Assembly: GCA_964016885.1 (NCBI GenBank)
Contig: OZ024741.1
Location: 64,356,001-64,420,000, forward strand
Source: Eledone cirrhosa
Lineage: Eukaryota
Reading direction: 5' to 3'
DNA length: 64,000 nucleotides
How positions within the stretch are numbered: position 1 is the first letter of the stretch; every line of letters starts with the position of its first letter. Positions 50,621 to 63,700 of the stretch are shown here, in pieces. The notes under the pieces are model-generated. The model searched no databases, had not been told where the DNA came from, and saw only the letters and a program-made list of their open reading frames with translations. The position numbers and the translations under genes are program-made.

Positions 50621-51075
50621 CCATTTGACATCAACAACAACAACAAGAAACAAACAACAATAAAATAAAGAACAGAAACAACACCATCACCAGATCTATT
50701 CAGAAGTAGATATCGGCTAATTCTTCATTGCGTTGTTTCAGGAATTATTCAACAAAATACTAGATTCTATTTCTAGAAGCATTTTTATGCTTGTCTAATC
50801 CTCTCTTCTATGTCAACTAGATTTGATCAACGAACATGTTACTTTGTCTACTGCAGCTTCAGTATAACTTCTACGCAAATTAAGGTCAAATGTCTTGTGT
50901 TGATTCAGCTGCAAGACTTATCTGAAATATATAGGCAGAAACCTTTTAATTTTCATTTCTATATTCTATAGAAATTTATATTGCCAATAATTCATTGCCT
51001 AGTTTTTAGGATGTAAATTCTTATCTGTACTCTTGAAAAGTCGATACGTAGATCAGTATGTGATGTACATGGATT

Positions 51076-51125
<50 letters not shown>

Positions 51126-51171
51126 TAAATATATATATGTGTGTGTGTGTGTTTTTAAATATATTTATATA

Positions 51172-51279
51172 TAGGTTTTCCCCCAAAAATGTATACACAC
51201 TTTGATTACTTGTACAGGCAATATTTATTTGAATGCTGTTGAAGTGTGTGTATATAAACTCAAACACAATAATGTGTGT

Positions 51280-51355
<76 letters not shown>

Positions 51356-51689
51356 ACATCCAAGATATTTTTAAAGAAAAAAGTTTTTCTCTTATTCTGC
51401 ATAAGTTCAGAAATGTTCAAATCAAATTATTTTTTCTATAAAAAAATTCTGCCATAATTTTTACTTGTCCAGAAATTGATATTTTTTTATTTTTTGCTAT
51501 ATTTTTTTATTATTATTATTATTTTGCAGAATGAATATGTTTTATTGCATTTTTTTTTTTGTACCCATAATTTTGGTTAAACTACACTACCATCCCTCCC
51601 GTCACTGTACAAAGAAGCCATGGATATTCTTGGATAAATCTAGTCGTTGCAACCATGAATGATATTATCAATATCATCACTGCTATTAC

Positions 51690-51737
<48 letters not shown>

Positions 51738-51801
51738 ATAGAACCTGCATATATAGATATACATTTATCAAAGCAAATACAAGTGTATATGTTTATATAC
51801 C

Positions 51802-51899
<98 letters not shown>

Positions 51900-51992
51900 G
51901 AGAGAGAGAAATGTCTGCATACTTTGATTACCTGTACAGGCAATATTTATTAGAATGATGTTGAAGCGTGTATAAATTTTGTGGACATCTTG

Positions 51993-51993
<1 letters not shown>
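51172..51993. repeat. Two direct copies (~51172-51260, ~51908-51993) of a tiny Tc1-like MITE disrupted by microsatellites
   Basis: Shared ACTTTGATTAC(T/C)TGTACAGGCAATATTTATT.GAATG.TGTTGAAG.GTGT; TIR-like end TTTTGTGGACATCTTG-TA. Confidence 0.5.
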
Positions 51994-52064
<71 letters not shown>

Positions 52065-52579
52065 AAACTGGAACGGGAACAAAAACAGAGAGGCAGTACA
52101 AACAAAGATTATATATATATATATATTTACTTCTATACATACGTACATTAATGGAAGCACATACAAGTGTATACATATATGCGCGTGTGTGTCTGTATGT
52201 AAGTATATATCTATATGTGTGTATACATCACATATGTGTGTATGTGTACGCGCGCAAGTTTGTGTCGAAATATGATATAAAAATATATCTATATACATAA
52301 ATCTATGCATAAACCTACATAAGCATATGTACACACATGCGCGAGAATAGATATAGCTGCTTATCACCTCAGTGTGATATGTCATACACTTAGATATATA
52401 TAAAAGATGTATACTGGCATATACATGCACATATAAAATCAAATATTTTTACACATGATGAGCACACCGATCCACATATCACACGTATAAATGGAATATA
52501 CATAAATACTCTGCCAGTTTGTTTCTATGTACAGCTGTTGGTGTGTATAATTATATATATATACGTATACATAAACTCA

Positions 52580-52614
<35 letters not shown>

Positions 52615-52710
52615 TCATATATATATATATATGTAAAAGGTAAACAGAAATAACAAACGGTACAGTATATGATACATATATGTGTGTGTGTAATAATATG
52701 TACATTGATA

Positions 52711-52760
52711 ATGCTCCGAGGACCTCCAAGCTTAAGTTTGGAAGAAACAATTGTCAGCGA
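52711..52760 (+). ncRNA. Minimal type I hammerhead-like motif (CCGAGGA core, palindromic stem III)
   Basis: GCT-CCGAGGA-CCTCCAAGC TTAA GTTTGGAA-GAAA-CAATTG-TC-AGC. Confidence 0.65.
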
Positions 52761-52809
52761 TTAAATGTTTTAAACATTACTTTGATACTTGTGTAATCTC
52801 TCTCTCTCC

Positions 52810-52912
<103 letters not shown>

Positions 52913-52920
52913 CATGCATA

Positions 52921-52951
<31 letters not shown>

Positions 52952-52954
<3 letters not shown>

Positions 52955-53148
52955 GGAAAAAGTATGACCCCGACGGCAGAGCTCAAGTCGTTTCGACGGC
53001 TATTTCTGAAGTCCAGAAATAGCCGTCGAAATGGCTTGAGCTCTGCCGTCGGGGTCATACTTTTTCCTATTTCCCACTCTACTACCCTAAGTATTGAGTA
53101 CTCTGGTGCGTTATGGTCCATTTGGTTCCTTACCACAATTCCTTTGTT
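52952..53148. mobile_element. Fold-back palindrome (~57-bp arms) of a hammerhead 3' half plus tail, in (TA)n
   Basis: Arms 52952-53008 and 53014-53070 with loop AAGTC; same family as 43240-43348. Confidence 0.75.
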
Positions 53149-54304
53149 ATATATATATATATAGTTTTGCGATGTTTTTGATATGAAATCGTGTGTCGAA
53201 ACAAATATTATTATACTTGGGGAGGGTCATATTTGTGTAATATTGCCAGAATTAATAACAGAACACACTCACTGTTTGGTTGGTTTTCGCTTTTCGCTTC
53301 TGTGTCTTTTATATCGGTTAATTTAATTTATTCGGTCCTCAATGTTGCCATTGACTGACCAACGGTCAAAAATACAGATACAATATAGACACAAACACAG
53401 TCTATCAAAGTTCTTTCGTTGCACATCTGCAACATCGTCAGTGGTGCTATTGTTTCCTCCCGTTGCATTGTATGTCTACGCCATCTTTATTTAGTCTGTT
53501 TATATATTTATTTATTTGTTTATTTATTTATTTATTCGCAAAACTAATTCATCGCCGTTATGGCATTAGCTTGTGCCAAGCTGAAAGGTTATTGAAAGAC
53601 ACTGTTTTCTGTTATATAAAACTACAATAACAACAGAACAAATCCGCTTCTTAAAACACTGTGTTACCTCCAAAATATACACAACAAACATATCAAAACA
53701 AGTAAATAATTTATTATTGAACAAAACACAAGCTGAACGACTAAAACACACAATAACAGTTAATATGAAAAGAACAACATACACAAAAGTTAACGAACTT
53801 TACAGACAGAAACGCATTAACGGTAAGGAAGTCCGAAATCTCATCACACCAAACGAGAGGGATGACTTCATGAGCGTCATTCGACGTGAAACGAAATACG
53901 CCCGAAACGAATGCAATAGGCATTTCAATAAGAAATTAGAATGGATGAATAAGAAAAAACTAGAAGAAAGAAAAGTAGAATATTCTCAAAAATACCCAGA
54001 TAACATCAAAAATATCCGTATGACTGATGTAAAACTACCGGAAGAATTTACCAATGACCACACAATAAATATCTATGGGAACACTTTAATCAGTGAACAA
54101 GAACAACAAATCCTGCAGCTACCACCAAAATTTGCTATCTACAAAAAGATTAACCCTATGGAGTGCAAAACGGAGCTGGAAAAGTGTTTCACAAAAATAC
54201 GTTGGAATGCAAAGGTAAACAACAACAACAATAATAACGGTAGTAGTAATATAAACAATAACTCTGAGTATATAAATAACAGCTATAATAGTAATAGTCA
54301 TAAC

Positions 54305-54362
54305 AATAACTGTTTCTACTTTAGGCACAAGGCCAGCAATTACCCAGTACATTACTGGTAAT
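54305..54362 (-). mobile_element. SINE 3' fragment nested in the Asn-rich linker of the Penelope-like ORF
   Basis: TGTTTCTACTTTAGGCACAAGGCCAGCAATTACCCAGTACATTACTGGTA. Confidence 0.8.
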
Positions 54363-54654
54363 AGCAGGAGAGTGAGAAATAGTAATAATGGTAATAATAT
54401 TAACGATAGACAGAACAACAACAACAACCACAATAATAATAATAGAAACATTAACTACAGACACAGCAGCAGCGACCAAAGTAGTAATAACGGTAACAAT
54501 ACGAATAACAACAACAACAACCACAGTGGTAATAATAGAAATAATACATGTAGCAACGTTAAGGATAGACACAACAAAAACAAGAAACATAATAAAAGTA
54601 ACAACCACAATGGTAGAAATAACAGTAACAACAACAATAACGGTGGAGAAGACA

Positions 54655-54850
54655 ACAACAATACATCTAACAATCGCAGCAACAATACATCTAGCAATCA
54701 TGACAACAATACATCTAACAATCACAGCAACAATACATCTAGCAATCATAACAACAATACATCTAACAATCACAGCAACAATACACCTAGCAATCATAAC
54801 AACAATACATCTAACAATCACAGCAACAATACATCTAGCAATCATAACAA
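54655..54850 (+). repeat. In-frame 48-bp tandem repeat, ~4 copies (NNTSNNHSNNTSSNHN)
   Basis: AACAATACATCTAACAATCACAGCAACAATACATCTAGCAATCATAAC units. Confidence 0.85.
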
Positions 54851-57544
54851 TAATAATAATGCTAATGATAGGAACAACAACAACTACCATAATAACAATA
54901 ATAGCAACACACACAACTATGACGATAGATATAATGACAACCCCTTAGAGAAACTATTCTTCAACCCAGCTGACAAAACATATAAGATGAGTAATATCTA
55001 TCCTACGAGGTTACCCTTTAATAAAAGAGTTTGTATACCACAACAAATAGATGACGAGACAGGCATAGTTCACCATAGCTAGAAATAAGATTAGACAAAT
55101 AGTAGACCGGTATACTAAGAGACAGAGCAGACCAGAGGTCCAACAACTTGGGAGGAAACCTGTAAAAGGCTTGGTTAGCCTCAAGCAGCGCACAAGGGAT
55201 GGTGAGGTAGTATGTCTACCCACGGTAGGATGTCAATAGAGAGCATGCCGAACTACATCAAGGCTATGCAACCCCACATCACCAACACGAGCGAAATTGC
55301 ACAGCAAATACATGATGGGAGAGAGAAAATCCTCAACGCTCACATCATGATGTGGACTGACATCCTAAAGCCAAGCAGACGCACTGTCAACAACTTCCAG
55401 GCGTCTAACAATGGTATACCACTCTTGTATGGGCTCAGCAAAGACCACAAGACAGTCGACGACCCGACAACAGGACCACTAACAAGACCCGTATGCGGAG
55501 CAAATATAGCTAGCAACTACAGGATCTCCTACTTCCTCTCAATGGTTATACGCCCCATAATCAAGATGTCCCCAGATGTATGTGACCGTACAGAGGACCT
55601 CCTCAGCAGAATCAGTGAGTGCAACAAAAACAGGAACCTATCCAACTGCATAATAGGCAGCATGGATGTGGTATCACTGTACCCATCCATTAACATTGAT
55701 TTTGATGTGGAAAAATGTGTGGAGATGATCATTGAGAGTGAGGTGGAGTTCTGCGACGTCGACACAGACGAACTGGGCCTCCTACTTAGACTTACCTACG
55801 ACACTGACTACCTAGAAAGCCATGACCTTAGACGTTTCTGCCCCAGTAAATCCATAAGAGGTAGACCCCCCCACCATAACCTCAATGGCTAAAAAGACTC
55901 CCATGGGAAGGTGGATTGGGTGGACCAAAGCTATACGGAGACCCCAAAACAATGATCAGGTAAGAAAAATGGTCGCCCATGCAATAGGGGCTAGTATCAA
56001 AACTACCCTAAAGGGCCACATATTCAAGTTCAACGAAATGAGGGAGCAGCCATTGGCGTTAGCATAGCTGGTGACGTTGCCAACCTTTTTATGGTATGGT
56101 GGGAAAGGAGACTTAAATATCTCCTTGATGAGAGCTCCATAGACCTCATCATGTACTCTCGTTACGTAGACGATGTCAATATAGTAATAAGAACATCCCC
56201 ACAAGAGAGCACTAACAAGTTTGATTTAGAACGTAGCACAATGGAAAGCATCCAGCAGATAGCTAATTCCATACACCAGAGTATAACTGTAACTATCGAC
56301 TACCCTTCCAAACGCCCTAACAATAGACTACCTGTATTAGACACGGAACTCTGGATTAATACTATAGACGAGAGAGCCCAAATTCTCCACTCACACTATG
56401 CTAAACCCATGGCCTCCAAATACCTGATACTCAAAAACTCAGCAATGTCCAGTATTGCTAAGTTTAATATTCTGATCGCAGACATGGTACGAGTGATGAA
56501 GAACGTGTCCCGCATGTGCGACCCAACAGAAATGGAAAGACACATCCAACACTTCATCAACCGCATGCAGTTCTCTGGCTACAACCAAAGAGACAGAATC
56601 AGAGTATACGAAGGAGCCACGGAGAAGTATAAGACCCTCATAGGACTGGACATGAAAGGAATTTGCCCATTATACAGGAGCAAATCATGGAATAGCTTAG
56701 ATAGGACTAGACATAAGATAGGGAAGGCCACCTCATGGTTCGACAACCAGAGATACCAAAGTGTCATGTTTGTGGACGCTACGCCTGGAGGGAAACCAGT
56801 GTAGAAAGGCCCTGAGAAAGACCCACTTAAAGATTAAGGTGGTAGAAAAGCCATAAAATCCCTGATCAGCAAAACCTACCCTTTTAAGAAAATACACTGT
56901 ACTAATAGGAAATGTATCATATGTAAAGTAAACCCCCGGATAAACTGTAAAACTAGAAACGTAGTCTATAGCATAAGATATACAGAGGGTACTTGCAGAA
57001 ACATGACAACAACATACATAGGCGAGACAGCTCGAAGCATAGGTGAAAGGATAGACCAACACTGGGGGGAACTAAAAGGACGAAAAAACGGTTCATGCCA
57101 GACAACAACACGACGGTAACATAGACAACATAGAAATTAGAATAATATCTAAACATAGAAATGACCCAGCAGATAGGCAAATCAGAGAGGCCAGTGAAAT
57201 AGAACTTAGAAGGCCAAAGCTAAACAGAAAAAATGAATGGAATAACAATAACACCCAAACAAACAACACTGACCTAAGAGAAGTATAAATAAATAAATAA
57301 ATAGATAAATAAATAAATACATACATACACAAGCACAACAACAACAAACACATATAAACACACACTAGTAAAGATAGAATACATTAACCAATACACAGTC
57401 ACCCAAACACGAACACACATCAAACAAAACACTATACACACACGCAAACGCATACGCAAAGGTGACAAAAAAATAAACAAATAAATATATAAACAGACTA
57501 AATAAAGATGGCGTAGACATACAATGCAACGGGAGGAAACAATA

Positions 57545-57592
57545 GCGCCACTGACGATGTTGCAGATGTGCAACGAAAGAACTTTGATAGAC
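57545..57592 (+). ncRNA. Degenerate hammerhead-like motif in the Penelope-like 3' terminal repeat (inverted copy near 53402-53448)
   Basis: CTGACGA-T-GTTGCA GATG TGCAAC-GAAA; stems I and III imperfect. Confidence 0.45.
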
Positions 57593-57786
57593 TATATATA
57601 TGTGTTTGTGTCTATATTGTATCTGTATTTTTGACCGTTGGTCAGTCAATGGCAACATTGAGGACCGAATAAATTAAATTAACTGATATAAAAGACACAG
57701 AAGCGAAAAGCGAAAACCAACCAAACAGTGAGTGTGTTCTGTTATTAATTCTGGCATTATTACACAAATATGACCCTCCCCAAGTA

Positions 57787-57817
<31 letters not shown>

Positions 57818-58367
57818 TTCGTTTCTGAATTTGTTTAGCAAGATTCTTTATCTGAGAACGTGTGTTGAAACCGATATTGTTATACTTTGGGAGGGTCATG
57901 TTGCCAATAATTATTGGGAACATGACCCTCCCAAAGTATAACAATATATATATATATATGTATTTGTATTTGTATTTGTATATATATATATATAGTGAAA
58001 GAGTGAACAATAACATGGTCGGCTGTACGTTAAAACTATCCATAGTACACAGTACTCACAACCTCTAACTAGATTACCTAAAACGATAACTTGTTATCCC
58101 ATATATATATATATTTGTGATTCTATGCTTGCGCTTATATCAGATATCTCGTGTTAGCTATACATTTCCATATTTCAATTTCCAGATTTCCAGAAGTCTT
58201 TGTACTGTCTGGTTGCTTATTATAACATTTCCCTTAGTAAATAGATTTTCTTTTTCTCTTTTTTTTTCTTTTCCTTCTACTTACACTTTTTCTTATTCTC
58301 ATTATAGAAAGCGAATGTTTTTGTCTACGACTTCAGTTATACCACTGAACATCGATGAAAGAATGGT

Positions 58368-59497
58368 ATTTAACTAATGTATTGGTACGCGATGGGGCCC
58401 ACCCACAGCCCCGGCGGACAGAATGGAGAAGGCGTTTCCCCGGAGGACGACAAGGAAGACGCGCTGGAAAAGCCACTCCAACTCGCGGGGCTCCCACCTG
58501 CGGCTGGCCAGCTCAGCGCCTATGGTGGTGAGTAAGGAGGTAGCCCTGGTGCCGAGGACACCAGAAGTTTCCACTGCCAAGGGAACGACCGCAAACCTGT
58601 CGGAGAGCGACCGGTATTTGAGGAGTTTGGCCCCCTCAGCCCGACGTGCAGCAGAACCTGGGTCAGTCGCAGACTGCACCAGGTTGCGGCTGCAGAAAGT
58701 GTCGGTGCAAGTGGCATCCCAGACGAGGGGTTTGCCACCGCGGAACGGGAAGATGGTCATGCCATCTGGCCTTTTGCCGTCCCCTCGATCCAGCCCTACC
58801 AGCTCGAGCTGGGAAGGGAAGCCTGCAGCGTCCAAGCCATGCTTAATGACCTCGTTGAGGGCAGTATGGCGTGGAATGCGGCCGGCACTGTGGCGACAGG
58901 AAAGCGGGTGGAGGCCGAAAGAGTCCACGGTGGAACCGCAGCGACATTGGTGTGGCTGGCAGATCCGGAGGCCGAGCCTCAGGGAAACGCCGATTCGCAG
59001 GTTATGGTTGTCTAGCTGAGTGCCAGTGGAGAAGGAGGGCAGATCATGGAGGGAGGCACTACTGTGGGGTTTTGAGGCCGCACGAAAACAAGCAAGGCGG
59101 TGCTGGTCGAGCTGGCGCGTGAGCCTGTCTGAGGCCAAGCTGCACTGGATGGCATCCCAAGTGCGTTGGGGGGACTTAACGTCAACAGGGGAAGAAGGAA
59201 GAGGGACGTCTACTGGGCTAAGTCCCAGCCGGTCCCACGTCTCACAGGCGGCCTCACGTTCTCTGAACACAGAGGGTTCTGTTGTGTTTTGAAGAACCCT
59301 GCTGACGAGGACGCGGCACGAGGTTACCGACGAAAGATACGCTGGCAAAGCTAGTGAGATCAGGGATCGGAGGCCTAGGCCGCCATACCTGACCGGTAAA
59401 GTGGCCTGTTGCCACCCTATGTCGTCAAACTTGACGTTGCATATCCCCTCGGCTGCTGCTCGGATACAAGTATCGAGGTCAGCGAGGATCGTTTCTC
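58368..59497 (-). mobile_element. 5'-truncated CRE-like RLE non-LTR retrotransposon (copy 2)
   Basis: WQQATLPVRYGGLGLR..LALPAYLSS post-RT motif, CRCG..H..C..RH, KRPDG..WDATC..KY..AVET; ORF 58374-59348. Confidence 0.85.
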
Positions 59498-59706
59498 AGT
59501 ACCAAGTTTGAAGACTATTCGTCGGTTGACAGGTTATTTTTTTTTTTAGCAATTAGTGAGCTAGCTTGTGTTAATGTGTTTTCTGTGTAAGTCATAGTCA
59601 GTAGTAGCTTAAGATACATGTTTAAAAGAAAAGTGGTTCTCTTCATACAAATACATACATTTATACTGCCACACACGCATACACTATCTATCTCTCTTTC
59701 TCTCGT

Positions 59707-59755
<49 letters not shown>

Positions 59756-60243
59756 AGGACATATAATCTATATATTACGTTTCCTGGATTGTGAAAATGG
59801 TGGTGTATACGAAAAACCATAACACTGTTTTGCTTCTCATTCTTAATACTTTAAATATTTCTCTGCACACAAGCTTCTATATCATACATATAAAATACTA
59901 TACAACCCCCATAATACTCTTGATTGCCCGCTTAAAGTGCTTATATTCCATATAACAACTTACCGCACTATAATCTTATATTAATAGGACACACGTGCAT
60001 GCCCCACGTGTAACTAACTACTTCTAACTATTCTCCTGCATCACTTTCATAGACTGCCAATGTTGTATTATAACTTTAATTTTGTTGTAATTTTCTTTTA
60101 ATATGACTTTAATCTTTAAATGTAAACTGCCATGCTTAAATATTATAATGGATGTCGACCCACTGTGCATCAATATATACATATGTTTCTGTATGTCTCT
60201 TGTGTTGAAAAGGAGGTCAAGTATGTAAACAATCATTGAAAAA

Positions 60244-60292
60244 TTGCTCCGAAGACTCCAAACCTCGGTTTGGAAGAAACAATTGTAAGCGA
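60244..60292 (+). ncRNA. Minimal type I hammerhead-like motif (CCGAAGA core), second copy of the 52711 family
   Basis: TTGCT-CCGAAGA-CTCCAAAC CTCG GTTTGGAA-GAAA-CAATTG-TA-AGCGA. Confidence 0.65.
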
Positions 60293-60729
60293 ATAAATGA
60301 TTTGAACAGAACTTTGATTCATGTAATTTCTATATAACTGCTCTGTAGAACAACTGATGTTGTTACATTGAGCTATTTATCTTACTGGTAATAAGGTAGT
60401 AATAAATTACTGTCTTTCACTGTTTAGGGTTTAAAATATATATAACTATAAACGGTTTTACTGTATACATAACCATAAATAGTATCCTTAATACTATATA
60501 TATATATCTATCTATCTATCTATCACACACACACACACACACACACACAAAAGCACATTCATGTTTGCTATATCTACAAGTAAATGAGAAAGTTACTATT
60601 CCGTTTCATAAACTGCTAGAAACAGCAACTAAAATATTATTCAAACCACACGAAAAGAAGGTCGCATTTGGTTTTTTAGTCCTATATATTAAATAGATGC
60701 CTGTCTGTCTATCTATCTATCTATCTATC

Positions 60730-63700
60730 TCGGAGAAGATAAACGTGTTTTTGTTTCGCTCCTGCATTTTGTCGGAATTTATTACGAGAAGCGGTAAGTT
60801 TGTTTAAGTAACTTGTTATTTGTTGTGTTTAAACCCTCGCCTGGGCCTGCAGACGTTGGGTAAAATAAATTTCGCCCATTTTGGGGGCGAAATTTAATAG
60901 TTATAAGTTGTCGATAAAAAAGTCGTTTAGTGACAATGGACGCCATTAATACGACGCATGCCACGCCCCCCAAGGAAAGTGATAGAGAGAAGGTAGCAGA
61001 ACAACGCTGTAAGCCTTCCCTCCTCACTCCCGCAAAAGACACCACGGAATCAAAAGAAAAAATTGTGGAAATGGGTGAAAACCCCAAAAGTAACAATTAC
61101 ACAAACAAGCACAACAATGACAATAACAACACAACCAACAACAGCAACAATGACAATAACAACACAACTAACAACAGCAATAATGACAACACCAACAAAG
61201 GAAAAAAGCAAGCCAACACGAATAACAACAACAATGATAACAACACGAAAGAAAACGGACCCACAGCTGCAGTCTCCTTCGCACAGGCGGTCTGAGAAAT
61301 GCAGACATACAAGGCACTGGACATCTCGAATGCCAAGAAATTGCTGAAAGAAGCAAGGAATTGTGTAAATTTCGGGGAAGGTGGGGAATTCACAATTACC
61401 TCCCCCGAAGAAATTAGAAGGGACACAGTCCTCGGGACCGTAAACTATAGGACAGTTTTGAACACGACTAGGAAACAGGCTCAATTGTCCCAAAGCGAAA
61501 TTGAGCTGGTCCTAGGTAGTGCCTGGAAGGATATCGTTTTCTTACAGAAAGGGAAACTGTATGGAAGCATATCTGTTTTAATGCAAGATGAATTGGCGGC
61601 ACGGAAATATTCTGTGTCGCCAATTGTATCCAAAGCATGCACCTTTTTCCCCACATATTTGGGGAAAAGAACTCAAACGATAAGAATCTCGAGTATCAGG
61701 CCAAATGCGAGCATTTGGTGGGTGCTAACGGGATTCTTAGAAGATGAGGACACAATCCTTTCGATAGGCGAATCCGCCGGGGGCGTATTCGGCGGCAATA
61801 ACCTTGAAGTTCTGGTCCAAATGAGACCAGAAAGGATAGCAAGAATACCGCAGCGTGTGTCCCTGGATGGAGTCGCCTTCATAAACATTTCTGTTGAGGG
61901 CAGGCGGCCTTCATGCTACCACTGTTCAAGAAGTGGTAACCTGAGGGCTTCCTGTCCCATTTTAAATGCCCCCCCCCCCAAAAAAAAAAATGACGTTTCT
62001 GCCCACCCCACACACAACAACACCACCACCACAACAACAACAACAACAACAACCACAACAACATGAAAAAATAACAACACAAGACACTGTTCCACCCAAC
62101 CCTTCCCCACCTAAAACAAATACAAAAGCAACCACAACAAACCCCAAAATATACCCCTCCCCAACAACACGGACGAGGACCCCTTATCGACGTCACCCAG
62201 TGACGACGAGGGAGAACCCTTTCAACCTGTAAAATAAGGAAATAAGGCACCACATTAACAAAAATGCAACAAACACACAACCACCAGCACAAACAGAACA
62301 AACATCACAAACAAAAAACTCACCCCTCCCGAAAACGTAATACATACTACAAAACGCAAACACACACAAGAACAACAAACAAAAACAAACACAACACAAC
62401 AAAAACAGTATACATACATCAACACAAACAACAAAACACTTGTGCAAATAATAGAGAACAACTCTTCGGTGGAAACCGAAGAGAAAATGTACACCAACGC
62501 GGCGACTAAACCGCATTTTAAAATGATTAGGGTCCCAAGGGACACCTACGCAATGCTCAGACAGAACTTTACCGAGGACGTGGGGTACCCCTGTACTAGA
62601 CCTAGCAACCGCGTCCTCTTGAAATGTTTCCCCACCACCACCCCAGATACCCCTCCCCCACGAAACACCCCCACCCCACCGATTTGATCTGGCCGATAGA
62701 TATCGACTAGATTTTCCGACTGTGCCACTGTGGACGTGGACTAATCGCAGCGGAACATCTAGGTCATACCTAAATAGGTTCCTAGTTAGAAATAAGGATA
62801 GGGACATATTAAGCTGTCCACGAATGTTCATGGTTGACTATTCGGATCACAAGTTGGTGACCGGAGTGATCAACCTTGATAGAACTCATAGACAGGGACC
62901 CGGTTACTGGAAGCTAAACTTGTCCTTACCGACAAACAAAGCTTACAGTGGTGGGAAATTAGAATAGAATCGATAGGTTTTAGTCAGGAGTTAGCATCAG
63001 ATAGGAATAGAACTGAAAGGGAATTGATAGATAGAGTAGAAGAGGCGATTAGGAGTGGCAACGTGGCCGGCGTGCTGGCGTCAAGAACGGCCCTAGACCA
63101 GTTCTTTGATGCGAAGCACGAGGGCTGCGTTGTCAGGAGTAAAATACGTGCTCTGGGTAACGAGGGAGTCAAAGCTATTAGCTGGGCCCGAGTGACAGAG
63201 GGAAAAAGTGGAAACAAGTCCACGATTCGGTCTTTGAAGGACCAGGATGGACGCGTGATCCTTGAACCTGAGCGGATATGCGCGGCCTTTCAACGGCGCT
63301 TTACACGACTGTTCGGAAGGGGCGGTGGGCCGGTTGAGGCCATGGATTTCGGTCCATACCTCGACGGTCTGCCGCGGCTCTCAGACGGGGAGGCGAAGTC
63401 CTGTGAAAGGCCGATTTCAGCTGCTGAAATAGGGGAAGCGCTGAGCCAATGCGGCAAACGCAAATCTCCGGTTTCGATGGTCTACCATGCGAACTTTATG
63501 TAGCGATGCCGGACTTCTTTTCCGATCTCCTCGAGGCGGTCTACAGCAACTTGCAACAGAACGGGAGAATTCCCAGTTCTGTGACCAAGGGCGTAGTCAC
63601 GCTGGTGAGGAAGGACGAGAACAAGGGGGATGACATAGATAACTTCAGGCCCATAACTCTGCTAAACACAGAGTTAAAGATTTTGGCCAAGGTGTTAGCG

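Larger units (their letters stand above)
53560..57288 (+). pseudogene. Penelope-like polyprotein: N-terminal domain, Asn-rich linker, RT, Cys motif, GIY-YIG endonuclease; several frameshifts and stops
   Basis: IRFLKHC; LPPKFA; LYGLSKDHK..RPVCGA; MDVVSLYPSI; SRYVDD; LPVLD; FSGY; CKTRNVVY..YIGETARS..ERIDQH; RQIREA..LNRKNEW. Confidence 0.88.
53164..57947 (+). mobile_element. Penelope-like retroelement (Naiad-type) with ~310-bp inverted termini, in (TA)n
   Basis: RT and GIY-YIG remnants; 53211-53525 is inverted at 57470-57789; (TA)n flanks. Confidence 0.85.

Noticed and set aside
62660-62700. ORF1-to-APE jump in copy H as a possible spliced retrocopy
   Set aside because: Breakpoints do not match the donor or acceptor sites; CCG microhomology suggests an ordinary deletion
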